Below are positions 29,817 through 39,621 of a DNA stretch of 64,000 bases, one piece after another. The DNA is from a virus, in IMG/VR virus record IMGVR_UViG_3300050343_000285, positions 96,001 to 160,000 of that record; one strand, given 5' to 3'. The notes under the pieces were generated by a model, which made no database searches, was not told the DNA's origin, and worked only from the letters and a program-made list of their open reading frames with translations. Position 1 is the first letter of the stretch. Each line of letters begins with the position of its first letter. The translations under genes and the position numbers were made by a program.

Positions 29817-32800
29817 TCTCTGTTTGTAACCATTCTAGGGCTTCGTATTCTGTATCAGCTATTTCTATAGTTAAACCAAATGGGTGTGGAGAACATTCTT
29901 CATCAGTAGGTGTTTCTAGTATATATTTAGGACTGCTAATATTAATATAGCAATATTTATCATATAGGCACCATTTATTTTCATTGTATATAGATTTTTC
30001 TTGTAAGCACGGTTCTATACTGCAGGTGTTATTGCAGCAATATCCGGGTCTTTTGATAACTTTGATGGTATATTGATGATAACAATCATTGTCTTTAGAG
30101 TACGGTACATTTTGATTTATATTAAATTGAGCTTCTTCTTCATCTGTATATGGACCATCTTCATAAATTTTATTATGGCACCCATCTGTATAGTTTATGT
30201 AATATATTTGACAATGTGAATTGTTATAGCAATATTGGTTTGAAAATTCTGTCTTTTGATTTTCAAAATTTTGTACAGCTCCGGTGGTAGCAGCGTCTGT
30301 GGTCACAGGAGTATCATCTGTGCCCGGAGTGTCAGTACTGCTTACTATTTTACATACGCCCTCTACACAGCCATATCCAGCTGGACAGCAGATGCCCTCA
30401 CAACAAACATGCCCTGCTTTGCAACAATTGCCTCCACAGCAATAGTAAGTCATATCTGGGCAGCAAACTCCATTGCAACAGTTTTTCTGATTATCGCAGC
30501 AAACACCCCCACAACAACGCTGCAAAGCATTACAGCATACATCATTACAGCAATCTTGTGGGTATGGACAACAAACATCATTAGGCTTAACGCCACAACA
30601 TCTACTATTAGTAGTGCCAGCACAACAAGATCCTGTTCCGTTTTGACAATCTCCACAATAATCATCAAATATATCTGAACAACAAACTGGAGCTCCCACA
30701 GGATTATAGCATACAAAATGGAATCCAATAGGGCATGGGTCTTGAGTTGGAGGAGGCGGTGGAGTCGGTGGAGGCGGTGGAGGTGGAGGCGGCGGAGGTG
30801 GAGGTGGTGGAGGTGGTGGAGGTGGTGGAGGTGGTGGAGGTGTTGGAGGTGGTGGTGGAGGTGGTGGAGGTGTTGGAGGCGCTGGAGGCGTTGGGGGTGC
30901 TGGAGGCGTTGGGGGTGCTGGTGGAGTTGGAGGTGCTGGTGGAGTTGGAGGTGCTGGTGGAGTTGGAGGTGCTGGTGGAGTTGGAGGTGCTGGTGGAGTT
31001 GGAGGTGCTGGAGGCGTTGGGGGTGCTGGAGGCGTTGGAGGTGCTGGTGGAGTTGGAGGTGCTGGTGGAGTTGGAGGTGCTGGTGGAGTTGGAGGTGCTG
31101 GTGGAGTTGGAGGTGGTGGCGGAGTTGGAGGTGGTGGAGGTGGTGGAGGTGGTGGAGGTGGTGGAGGTGCTGGTGGAGTTGGAGGTGCTGGTGGCGTTGG
31201 AGGTGCTGGTGGAGTTGGAGGTGGTGGCGGAGTTGGAGGTGGTGGAGGTGGTGGAGGTGGTGGAGGTGGTGGGGGTGGAGGTGGTGGCGGAGTTGGAGGT
31301 GGTGGCGGAGTTGGAGGAGGCGGTGGAGTCGGTGGAGGTGGTGGAGGTGGAGGCGGCGGAGGTGGTGGGGGTGGCGGCGGAGGTGCTGGTGGAGTTGGAG
31401 GTGCTGGTGGCGTTGGAGGTGCTGGTGGCGTTGGAGGTGCTGGTGGAGTTGGAGGTGCTGGTGGCGTTGGAGGTGCTGGTGGAGTTGGAGGTGCTGGTGG
31501 AGTTGGAGGTGCTGGTGGCGTTGGAGGTGCTGGTGGAGTTGGAGGTGCTGGAGGTGTTGGTGGTGGTGGAGGTGGTGGAGGTGGTGGAGGTGCTGGTGGT
31601 GTTGGAGGTGCTGGAGGTGTTGGTGGTGCTGGAGGTGTTGGTGGTGCTGGAGGAGTTGGTGGTGCTGGTGGAGTTGGAGGTGGTGGAGGTGGTGGAGGTG
31701 CTGGTGGCGTTGGAGGTGCTGGTGGCGTTGGAGGTGCTGGTGGCGTTGGAGGTGCTGGAGGTGTTGGTGGTGCTGGAGGAGTTGGTGGTGGTGGAGGTGG
31801 TGGAGGTGCTGGTGGCGTTGGAGGTGCTGGTGGCGTTGGAGTTGCTGGTGGCGTTGGAGGTGTTGGAGGTGTTGGTGGTGCTGGAGGTGTTGGTGGTGCT
31901 GGAGGTGTTGGTGGTGCTGGTGGAGTTGGAGGTGCTGGTGGCGTTGGAGGTGCTGGAGGAGTTGGAGTTGCTGGTGGAGTTGGAGGTGCTGGTGGTGTTG
32001 GAGGTGCTGGAGGTGTTGGTGGTGGAGTTGGAGTTGGAGGAGCTGATGGTGTTGGTGGTGGAGTTGGAGGAGCCGATGGTGTTGGTGGTGGAGTTGGAGG
32101 AGCTGATGGTGTTGGTGGTGGAGTTGGAGGAGCCGATGGTGTTGGTGGTGGAGTTGGAGTTGGAGGAGCTGATGGTGTTGGTGGTGGAGTTGGAGTTTCT
32201 TTTGTTAAAGTTTCTGTAGGAGGAGTCTTTGTTAAAGTTTCTGTAGGAGGAGTCTTTGTTAAAGTTTCTGTAGGAGTCTCTGTTAAGGTTTCTGTAGGAG
32301 TCTCTGTTAAGGTTTCTGTAGGAGTCTCTGTTAAGGTTCCTGTAGCAGGACTCTTCGTTAATGTTTCTGTAGGAGTCTCTGTTAAGGTTTCTGTAGGAGT
32401 CTCTGTTAAGGTTCCTGTAGGAGTCTCTGTTAAGGTTCCTGTAGCAGGACTCTTCGTTAATGTTTCTGTAGGAATCTCTGTTAAGGTTTCTGTAGGAGTC
32501 TCTGTTAAGGTTTCTGTAGGAGTCTCTGTTAAGGTTTCTGTAGGAGTCTCTGTTAAGGTTCCTGTAGGAGTCTCTGTTAAGGTTCCTGTAGCAGGACTCT
32601 TCGTTAATGTTTCTGTAGGAGTCTCTGTTAAGGTTTCTGTAGGAGTCTCTGTAGTTCTTGTTTTTGTAGGAGTTGTTTCTATCGTTGTAGTTGATACAAT
32701 CGTGGTTATCGTTGTTGTTATAGTGGGACAAGTAGTTACTAGGATAGGGGTAGCATCAGTAAATTCTCGTGGGTTTTGAGTTGGTGCGGGTGGTGTTGGA

Positions 32801-34918
32801 GGTGCGGGTGGCGTTGGAGGCTCCGGAGGTGTTGGTGGTGCTGGAGGTGCTGGAGGTGCTGGTGGCGTTGGAGGTGCTGGAGGTGTTGGTGGTGCTGGAG
32901 GTGTTGGTGGTGCTGGAGGAGTTGGTGGTGGTGGTGGTGGAGGTGGTGGAGGTGGTGGAGGTGGTGGAGGTGGTGGAGGTGGTGGAGGTGGAGGTGGTGG
33001 AGGTGCTGGTGGCGTTGGAGGTGCTGGTGGCGTTGGAGGTGCTGGAGGTGTTGGTGGTGCTGGAGGAGTTGGTGGCGGTGGAGGTGGAGGTGGTGGAGGT
33101 GGTGGAGGTGGTGGAGGTGCTGGTGGCGTTGGAGGTGCTGGAGGTGTTGGTGGTGCTGGAGGTGTTGGTGGTGCTGGAGGAGTTGGTGGTGGTGGTGGTG
33201 GAGGTGGAGGTGGTGGAGGTGGTGGAGGTGGTGGAGGTGGTGGAGGTGCTGGTGGCGTTGGAGGTGCTGGAGGTGTTGGAGGTGCTGGAGGAGTTGGTGG
33301 TGCTGGTGGAGTTGGAGGTGGTGGAGGTGGTGGAGGTGCTGGTGGCGTTGGAGGTGCTGGTGGCGTTGGAGGTGCTGGTGGCGTTGGAGGTGCTGGTGGC
33401 GTTGGAGGTGCTGGAGGTGTTGGTGGTGCTGGAGGAGTTGGTGGTGGTGGAGGTGGTGGAGGTGCTGGTGGCGTTGGAGGTGCTGGTGGCGTTGGAGGTG
33501 CTGGAGGTGTTGGAGGTGCTGGAGGTGTTGGTGGCGCTGGAGGAGTTGGTGGCGCTGGAGGAGTCGGTGGCGCTGGAGGTGTTGGTGTTGCTGGAGGAGT
33601 CGGTGGCGCTGGAGGTGTTGGTGTTGCTGGAGGAGTCGGTGGCGCTGGAGGTGTTGGTGTTGCTGGAGGAGTCGGTGGCGCTGGAGGTGTTGGTGTTGCT
33701 GGAGGAGTTGGTGGTACTGATGGAGTTGGAGGTGCTGACGGAGTTGGAGGTGCTGACGGAGTTGGAGGTGCTGATGGAGTGACTTCTGTTATTAAGCTTT
33801 CTGTAGCAGGACTCTTCGTTAAGGCTTCTGTAGGAGTCTCTGTTAAGGTTTCTGTAGCAGGACTCTTCGTTAAGGCTTCTGTAGGAGTCTCTGTTAAGGT
33901 TTCTGTAGCAGGACTCTTCGTTAATGTTTCTGTAGGAGTCTCTGTTAAGGTTTCTGTAGGAGTCTCTGTTAAGGTTTCTGTAGGAGTAGTTTTGGTAGGG
34001 GTTTCTGTAGGAGTAGTTTTGGTAGGGGTTTCTGTTAAGGTTTCTGTAGGTGTTGTTTCTGTAACGGTAGTTACTGTATCAGTCGTTTTTGTAGGTGTCG
34101 TTTCTGTAACTGTAGTTACTGTATCAGTCGTTTTTGTAGGTGTTGTCGGAGTAGTTGTAGTACCTGTCGGCGGCGTGGTAGTTAGTGTAGTTTCTGTAGG
34201 TGTTGTATCCGTAGGTGTTGTTGGGGTAGTTGTAGTTACTGTCGGCGTTGTATCCGTAGGTGTCGTTGGGGTAGTTGTAGTTACTGTCGGCGTTGTATCC
34301 GTAGGTGTCGTTGGGGTAGTTGTAGTTACTGTCGGTGTTGTTGTGGTTGGTGTTGTTGTGGTTGGAGTAGTTTCTGTTAGTGTTGTTGTGGTTGGTGTTG
34401 TTGTGGTTGGAGTAGTTTCTGTTAGTGTTGTTGTGGTTGGTGTTGTTGTGGTTGGAGTAGTTTCTGTTAGTGTTGTTGTAGTTGGTGTTGTTGTAGTTGG
34501 TGTTGTTGTAGTTGGTGTTGTTGTAGTTGGTGTTGTTGTAGTTGGTGTTGTTGTAGTTGGTGTTGTTGTAGTTGGTGTTGTTGTAGTTGGTGTTGTTGTA
34601 GTTGGTGTTGTTGTAGTTGGTGTTGTTGTAGTTGGTGTTGTTGTAGTTGGTGTTGTTGTGGTTGGTGTAGTAGTTGTAGTCGTAGTTGTAGTTGGTGTGT
34701 TGTGGTGGTGTAGTAGTTGTAGTCGTAGTTGTAGTTGGTGTAGTAGTTGTAGTCGTAGTTGTAGTTGGTGTAGTAGTTGTAGTCGTAGTTGTAGTTGTTG
34801 TGGTTGTATCACAGCAACATAATCTTAGATTGTCTGGTTTGGCATGTTTAAATTTTGTTAATGCTTCATGACCGAATTTTAATATACCGCCACGAATAAT
34901 ATCTCGAAATAAAGACAT
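29803..34918 (-). CDS. Giant (~1700-aa) mucin/extensin-like Thr/Pro repeat protein with Cys-rich ends (frameshift near 34700)
   Basis: True start probably 34918 ([14 protein letters not shown]...[10 protein letters not shown]); missing A residues at ~34700 shift into the 1669-aa frame; [19 protein letters not shown] and poly-Pro blocks; C-terminal CCxxxCC repeats. Confidence 0.8.
30740..32190 (-). repeat. Pro-rich tandem repeat block 2 ([12 protein letters not shown], poly-Pro)
   Basis: Near-continuous ggtgctggtggagttgga 18-bp units and (ggt/gga)n runs on the plus strand. Confidence 0.95.
32190..32650 (-). repeat. 24-bp TETLTETP tandem repeat block 2
   Basis: Repeated tctgttaaggtttctgtaggagtc units. 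Confidence 0.95.
32775..33780 (-). repeat. Pro-rich tandem repeat block 1
   Basis: [12 protein letters not shown] units and a run of more than 20 Pro codons at ~32923-33003. Confidence 0.95.
33780..34050 (-). repeat. [17 protein letters not shown] repeat block 1
   Basis: Same 24-bp unit family as 32190-32650. Confidence 0.9.
34050..34810 (-). repeat. Thr-rich repeats (15-bp PTTTT units and TTTTP variants)
   Basis: Tandem gttggtgttgttgta units. Confidence 0.95.
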
Positions 34919-34929
34919 AACAATTCTAT

Positions 34930-35628
34930 TTAAAATATATTATGTGGATGGAACGTATTTTCAACATGTACATAGTATTTTTCTATATCGAAGTATTCTA
35001 AAGTACTGACAACTCTTTTAATGTTTTTTGTATAAACCTTTATATTTGAAATCTCTAACCAGGGTATTGGTGGATAAAAAATATTTAACTTATGATTATA
35101 TTGTTTTATCGAAAACCGAGGACCTGCATTATTATGTTCTATATCTATAGCAAGATTCTTATTGAAGTGTATGTGTTTTTTATATATATTGTATCCTAAA
35201 TTTATTGCTTTATAGTTATATAAACCTATATTATGCTGCCCTGTATAATTAGCATAAATAATATCATATGTTTTACAATTAGCTAACACATCTAAAATTT
35301 TAGATTTATGACTAGGTTTAATAATAGCTGTGTCGTGTATTAAAAGAGAATAATCTGTTACCTTTATCAACCCTGCATTCAAAAGTTCTTTACAAGCTAT
35401 AAAAAAAGAATATTCATATATTTGTTTTGGTATATTCACTCTATATAAGTTAATATCATATTTTGACAAATATATCTTATCTATATACGTATATATACAG
35501 CTAGTATCTTGACTAGATAAAAAAATATCTTCTGAGTCAATACCATGAATAATCATGCTATTTAACAAATGTTCTAAAGGTTCTTGATATAACCCTTTAA
35601 CCGTAGTTATTACGTACTTAATTCCCAT
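34930..35628 (-). CDS. Putative glycosyltransferase-like protein
   Basis: Short N-terminal beta strand (KYVITTV), YEY, LLIHDT pattern; located in a GT cluster. Confidence 0.4.
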   Translation of the reverse strand: MGIKYVITTVKGLYQEPLEHLLNSMIIHGIDSEDIFLSSQDTSCIYTYIDKIYLSKYDINLYRVNIPKQIYEYSFFIACKELLNAGLIKVTDYSLLIHDTAIIKPSHKSKILDVLANCKTYDIIYANYTGQHNIGLYNYKAINLGYNIYKKHIHFNKNLAIDIEHNNAGPRFSIKQYNHKLNIFYPPIPWLEISNIKVYTKNIKRVVSTLEYFDIEKYYVHVENTFHPHNIF

Positions 35629-35649
35629 GAATCCTATTTTCTAGCACCA

Positions 35650-35673
35650 GTGTATCCATATATACATTACACC
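35650..35673 (-). promoter_or_regulatory. Recurrent phage promoter-like motif (GGTGTAATGTATATA) with inverted copy
   Basis: Intergenic, upstream of the AGGA SD and ATG 35628. Confidence 0.55.
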
Positions 35674-35704
35674 ACACATACTGATGAAATAAAACTAATA
35701 ATGT

Positions 35705-36421
35705 TTATTGTATGTGTTTTTTAGTTATTTGCCAAAAATTTTCGCTATTAATAGGTTCATATCTTATATTCTTATCTATACAAAATTTATTTAAACCTAA
35801 TCTAATACCTGGCCACCCCGGATTATTGAGATCATCACCAAACATAATACCATTATTTTGTAAAATTGACCAAGCATCATTCAGGTCATTATATGTACTC
35901 ACAAGGCCATTATCACCATCTACGTATATGAGATCAGCTGAAATATCATGCATGTCTAACCAGCTGCAACCGTGATGAAATGTATTACATAATGGGATTA
36001 TGGTATCTTCTAGTTTCTCGTGTAGAACGTTTGCTAAAAAATGATAATAAATCGTGGGTTGCCCATGAATCGACATAAGACGTCTTGCTGGATCTTCATC
36101 ATGTAGTCCTATGAACTCTAAAGAACCAAGCCATGTATCAATACAAATAATTTTTGTATCTAAATTATGTTTTTTAATTATATGTCCCATAGCTATAGCT
36201 GAAGCACCAAGCCAAGATCCAAGCTCTACTATTACAGATGGCTTCAGGGTTGTTATGTATTCTTCATATAAAATTGGATCAGTATTCCAACCTATAATTT
36301 TATGCTGGTATTTTTTATAGTCAAAATTTTTGTATATGTTATATCCATGTAGTAATTTCATATAATCATGCATTGTCTTTTCCTTTATGGCAATTAAATA
36401 TATAAAACCATAACCTTTCAC
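35705..36421 (-). CDS. Class I SAM-dependent methyltransferase (Methyltransf_24-like)
   Basis: VELGSWLGAS, CIDTW, DLIYVDG, GIMFGDD. Confidence 0.8.
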   Translation of the reverse strand: MKGYGFIYLIAIKEKTMHDYMKLLHGYNIYKNFDYKKYQHKIIGWNTDPILYEEYITTLKPSVIVELGSWLGASAIAMGHIIKKHNLDTKIICIDTWLGSLEFIGLHDEDPARRLMSIHGQPTIYYHFLANVLHEKLEDTIIPLCNTFHHGCSWLDMHDISADLIYVDGDNGLVSTYNDLNDAWSILQNNGIMFGDDLNNPGWPGIRLGLNKFCIDKNIRYEPINSENFWQITKKHIQ

Positions 36422-37016
36422 AAAAATGACCAGCTTCAGGGTTTATATCACCAAGTTCTTTATCTATAATATTAAGATAAAATATTTTATCCCTACTTAA
36501 TATACATGTTTTTGATACACCAAAATTTGCGCCTATATATATTTTATTATCATATGGCAAAACAGTTGAACTTATATATTCTCTCATGAAAGTAAAACAA
36601 TTATATTGTGATGGTTTACACAAGCTATTGGCCCAATATGATATCTTACCGGTTAACATCTCATAATATATACTAGCAACCATATAATTTGGAGTATGGC
36701 TATAGTTGACTGTTAAGTTATCTATCCAAGATATTATCTCTCTTATACCAACATGTGGAGTTCCTTGTAAAAAAATCACACCATCAGATAAATTATTATA
36801 ATTTTCGTAACAAAACCTTAAGTATGTTTCAGATTCTCTACCTATATTAGGTCTATAATTATGTATAATTTTTGGATTTAATTGTTTTATTTTTTTATCG
36901 TTTATCTTGTTAGGTTCACCCTTACTGTATACAAAAATTTTATTAATTTTATTGGATTTTATCTTTTTTATCCAAGTAATATCTTCATTATAATGGGCGA
37001 CGACTATATCTAGCAT
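36366..37016 (-). CDS. DUF3431-like putative glycosyltransferase
   Basis: LDIVVAHYNEDITW, NIGRESETYL, VIFLQG, HFCERLWFYIF. Confidence 0.7.
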   Translation of the reverse strand: MLDIVVAHYNEDITWIKKIKSNKINKIFVYSKGEPNKINDKKIKQLNPKIIHNYRPNIGRESETYLRFCYENYNNLSDGVIFLQGTPHVGIREIISWIDNLTVNYSHTPNYMVASIYYEMLTGKISYWANSLCKPSQYNCFTFMREYISSTVLPYDNKIYIGANFGVSKTCILSRDKIFYLNIIDKELGDINPEAGHFCERLWFYIFNCHKGKDNA

Positions 37017-37017
37017 T

Positions 37018-37686
37018 TTATTTTTGATAAATGTCGTTAAAAAAACCTTTAAGGCCAATTGGATTAATAACGTTTATTTTTATTTCAGGAGATTCTTCAT
37101 ATACGAACTCTTTAAATTTTGACCAACTATTTAATAAGTATGATAGATTACTTTTCCTATTATTTGGAACAAAATGCTTAGATCCGCTAATATCACATCC
37201 GACAATATTAATTTCTTTAAACCCACAGAACAAAGCAAACTGCATGCATATGAATATAGTAGACCCTCCACCATCTCCAAACCAAAATTTTTGAATATTT
37301 TTCCTAAAACAGCCTTGTTTCTTAAGTATAGAAAAAGGACCTTGACAATCATACCATAAAGCATTAGAGTCTATAGCTATTTGTTGTGAGCAGCCAAAAC
37401 TTGGATCTTTTAAAAAAGTGCCCATAAATTTTTGCATTTTAGGCTTATAGGTAATAATTTTATTTTTAAGTTCTTTACTAGCCCACTTACAATCATTGAA
37501 AAAAAAGTAGTCGAAAATAAATTTTTCTAAAAATACACCACTATTACACCCTATATGAACAGCCTCATCTATCGGCTTATAGTCTAGTAATGTTTTTCCA
37601 GTGCCACAAACTACTGCAATATCATTTTTATGTTTATTTTCATATCCATAAAATGCATTCCAGTTTAATTTAGAGTATTCATGCAT
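37018..37686 (-). CDS. MptE/Maf (DUF115)-like protein, candidate nonulosonate transferase
   Basis: AVVCGTGKTL, IGCN, GSTIF..MQFALFCGFKEINIVGCD. Confidence 0.6.
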   Translation of the reverse strand: MHEYSKLNWNAFYGYENKHKNDIAVVCGTGKTLLDYKPIDEAVHIGCNSGVFLEKFIFDYFFFNDCKWASKELKNKIITYKPKMQKFMGTFLKDPSFGCSQQIAIDSNALWYDCQGPFSILKKQGCFRKNIQKFWFGDGGGSTIFICMQFALFCGFKEINIVGCDISGSKHFVPNNRKSNLSYLLNSWSKFKEFVYEESPEIKINVINPIGLKGFFNDIYQK

Positions 37687-37687
37687 A

Positions 37688-37858
37688 TTAGCTATAATAT
37701 TTTTTCCAGTATTCCCAGTCGTTTTCTTCTTCTTCTAACTTATGTTTTTTAAATTCAACAACTTCTTTGTGTTTAAATTTTTCATCAGCATATTTTTTAG
37801 GTTTTATCTTTTTATTTTTACTACGAACAGATTTGTTTTCTTCTGATTCTATACTCAT
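37688..37858 (-). CDS. Small basic/acidic hypothetical protein (57 aa, not in ORF track)
   Basis: MSIESEENKSVRSKNKKIKPKKYADEKFKHKEVVEFKKHKLEEEENDWEYWKKYYS fills the gap exactly. Confidence 0.55.
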   Translation of the reverse strand: MSIESEENKSVRSKNKKIKPKKYADEKFKHKEVVEFKKHKLEEEENDWEYWKKYYS

Positions 37859-37870
37859 TTTAGAGGGCCT

Positions 37871-38710
37871 TTAATTGAAAAGTTTTCTCCATTTAATTTG
37901 AGATTTATTTATTTTTATAGAGTTTTTTGGATATAATTTTATTGATTGGTGATCAATGCTTGATGTTTTTAACCACGGATATGGAAGATAAATCATTTTA
38001 TCATTTTTTTCGTTAGATAAAATTTTAGACCACCATGAGAAACTACTATTAGAAATAATACCATGTCTACATAAGTACATAATATAGAATTCTTGATATA
38101 CGTCAAGTTCTTCTACGAAAAAACATTTCTCTAGAAAAATATTATTTTTAATTGATTGAAACTCCTGCTTAATCTTTTGTATATTATCGCTAATAATAAA
38201 AAGATATTTAGGTTTAATTTTTTCTATAATATATTCAAAATAATTTATATCTAGAATGTCATAAAAGTTTTGCAAATTTTCATAATCACCTCTTCTAGCA
38301 TGAATGCAAGCAGTATCTTCTAAATTATTAGTTTTTATTTTATCTTTTATGTATTTAAAAGATTTATTAAGTATTATTTTATTTGGTCTTAATTCTTGTC
38401 TTATTTCTGGTAGTAATTTTTCATAGTAAGATAAGTTTTGAAAAAATCCTATAAGATTTATATCCTTTTGGTCTAAAATATTTGCATCAAAATTGAAAGC
38501 GTCTTTTTCTACATATTGATTACTGTCAAAAGTATCAGTTTTTTTATAACTCATTGAATTAGAATCGAAGAAATTTAAGAAATGACTATCAGGATTTACA
38601 AAAAATGAACTATCATGTAAAATAGAAAGAACTTTACATAGAGAATATTGAAAAATTTGATTACCAAACCTACCATAATTTCTATGACCTAAAGATGAAC
38701 AACTAATCAT
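37871..38710 (-). CDS. Alpha-1,2-fucosyltransferase (GT11)
   Basis: GRFGNQIFQY, GFFQN, HARRGDY, ISNSSFSWW. Confidence 0.88.
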   Translation of the reverse strand: MISCSSLGHRNYGRFGNQIFQYSLCKVLSILHDSSFFVNPDSHFLNFFDSNSMSYKKTDTFDSNQYVEKDAFNFDANILDQKDINLIGFFQNLSYYEKLLPEIRQELRPNKIILNKSFKYIKDKIKTNNLEDTACIHARRGDYENLQNFYDILDINYFEYIIEKIKPKYLFIISDNIQKIKQEFQSIKNNIFLEKCFFVEELDVYQEFYIMYLCRHGIISNSSFSWWSKILSNEKNDKMIYLPYPWLKTSSIDHQSIKLYPKNSIKINKSQIKWRKLFN

Positions 38711-39560
38711 TGAAAAATAAAACATGTCCTTCAGGTACGGCTGAAATAATTAAGTTTTTATCTTTATCGAAGATATATAAATTTTTAAACAATCCAGGCA
38801 TAGGATCTTGATTTAATCTCTGAGTAGAAACTTCTATATTTAATCCTGCATTTTTTATATGTTCTGTAACATCCTCATAGCAGCCATAATAAGCACTAAT
38901 AATTTCTATATTATTAATGTCTTTCATACGTTTTATTATATTGTTATTATTTTCCCTAACTCTATCTAAAAGGGTCATTTTATTCTGTAATCCAACTGTA
39001 TAATTAGCATGAAACATAATTAGCTCGTGACTAACTGTAAAATCTTGACCAGACCAATGTCTGTGTTGGAAAGAAATGTTTAAAAATCTATCAGATAGAA
39101 ATTTTGCATTTAATATTTTTATGTTCTTATTAATAGCTTCTTGATCACAGGCGTATAAGTCGTATTTTTCTTTAAGTAATTTAAAAAATGATTTAGTATT
39201 TTTATTAATTCTACATATAAAGAATCCGGCACAATATTCACGACCAACGCCTTCTTGAAAAGCAATATCATAATCACCAAGCTCTTTTATGCATTCCTTA
39301 ATAAATGGGCTATAAAACTCAATATCTACATCTGACCATATAAAAAATTCATCATCTGTATTTATTGCTTTATCATATATTTCTATCTTCTGACGCATGG
39401 ATTCTTTCCACCCGTCTGAATAATATTCCCCTGTACTGCAAACCTGTCTTTGTTTTTCTGATATTATTTCTGCTTCTGGTTCCAATTTCCTAATACTCTT
39501 CTCAAAATACTCATCATGTAAAAATTGATGAGACTTTGATACCATTGTGTATATTTTCAT
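38703..39560 (-). CDS. Nucleotide-diphospho-sugar transferase (GT77-like) with C-terminal lectin-like module
   Basis: WSDVDI, DIAFQ, CAGFF, DQEAIN, FHANY; C-terminal IISAYYG..DVT..DPMPGLFKNLYI. Confidence 0.7.
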   Translation of the reverse strand: MKIYTMVSKSHQFLHDEYFEKSIRKLEPEAEIISEKQRQVCSTGEYYSDGWKESMRQKIEIYDKAINTDDEFFIWSDVDIEFYSPFIKECIKELGDYDIAFQEGVGREYCAGFFICRINKNTKSFFKLLKEKYDLYACDQEAINKNIKILNAKFLSDRFLNISFQHRHWSGQDFTVSHELIMFHANYTVGLQNKMTLLDRVRENNNNIIKRMKDINNIEIISAYYGCYEDVTEHIKNAGLNIEVSTQRLNQDPMPGLFKNLYIFDKDKNLIISAVPEGHVLFFND

Positions 39561-39582
39561 CTTGACTGTCCTATGTCCTATA

Positions 39583-39597
39583 ACTATATTTATACAG
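39583..39597 (-). promoter_or_regulatory. Variant promoter-like motif (CTGTATAAATATAGT)
   Basis: Intergenic, upstream of ATG 39560; adjacent palindrome GGTATAATACC at 39605-39615. Confidence 0.4.
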
Positions 39598-39621
39598 ATG
39601 GGTGGGTATAATACCTATATA

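Noticed and set aside
32190-34050. 24-bp direct repeats superficially resembling a CRISPR array
   Set aside because: The units are contiguous and in-frame, with no unique spacers, no leader and no cas genes.
30704-34822. Long plus-strand and alternative-frame ORFs (WWRW-, VLEV-, GVVV-, STSN-, NYNN-rich; 314-675 aa)
   Set aside because: They are by-products of triplet-periodic repeats. Only the Pro/Thr frame connects to the non-repetitive Cys-rich termini.
20074-34918. Eukaryotic or giant-virus (NCLDV) origin suggested by mucin/extensin-like proteins
   Set aside because: SD motifs, overlapping operonic genes, sigma-70, RuvB, ClpP and rIIA/rIIB indicate a bacteriophage. No NCLDV core genes are seen.
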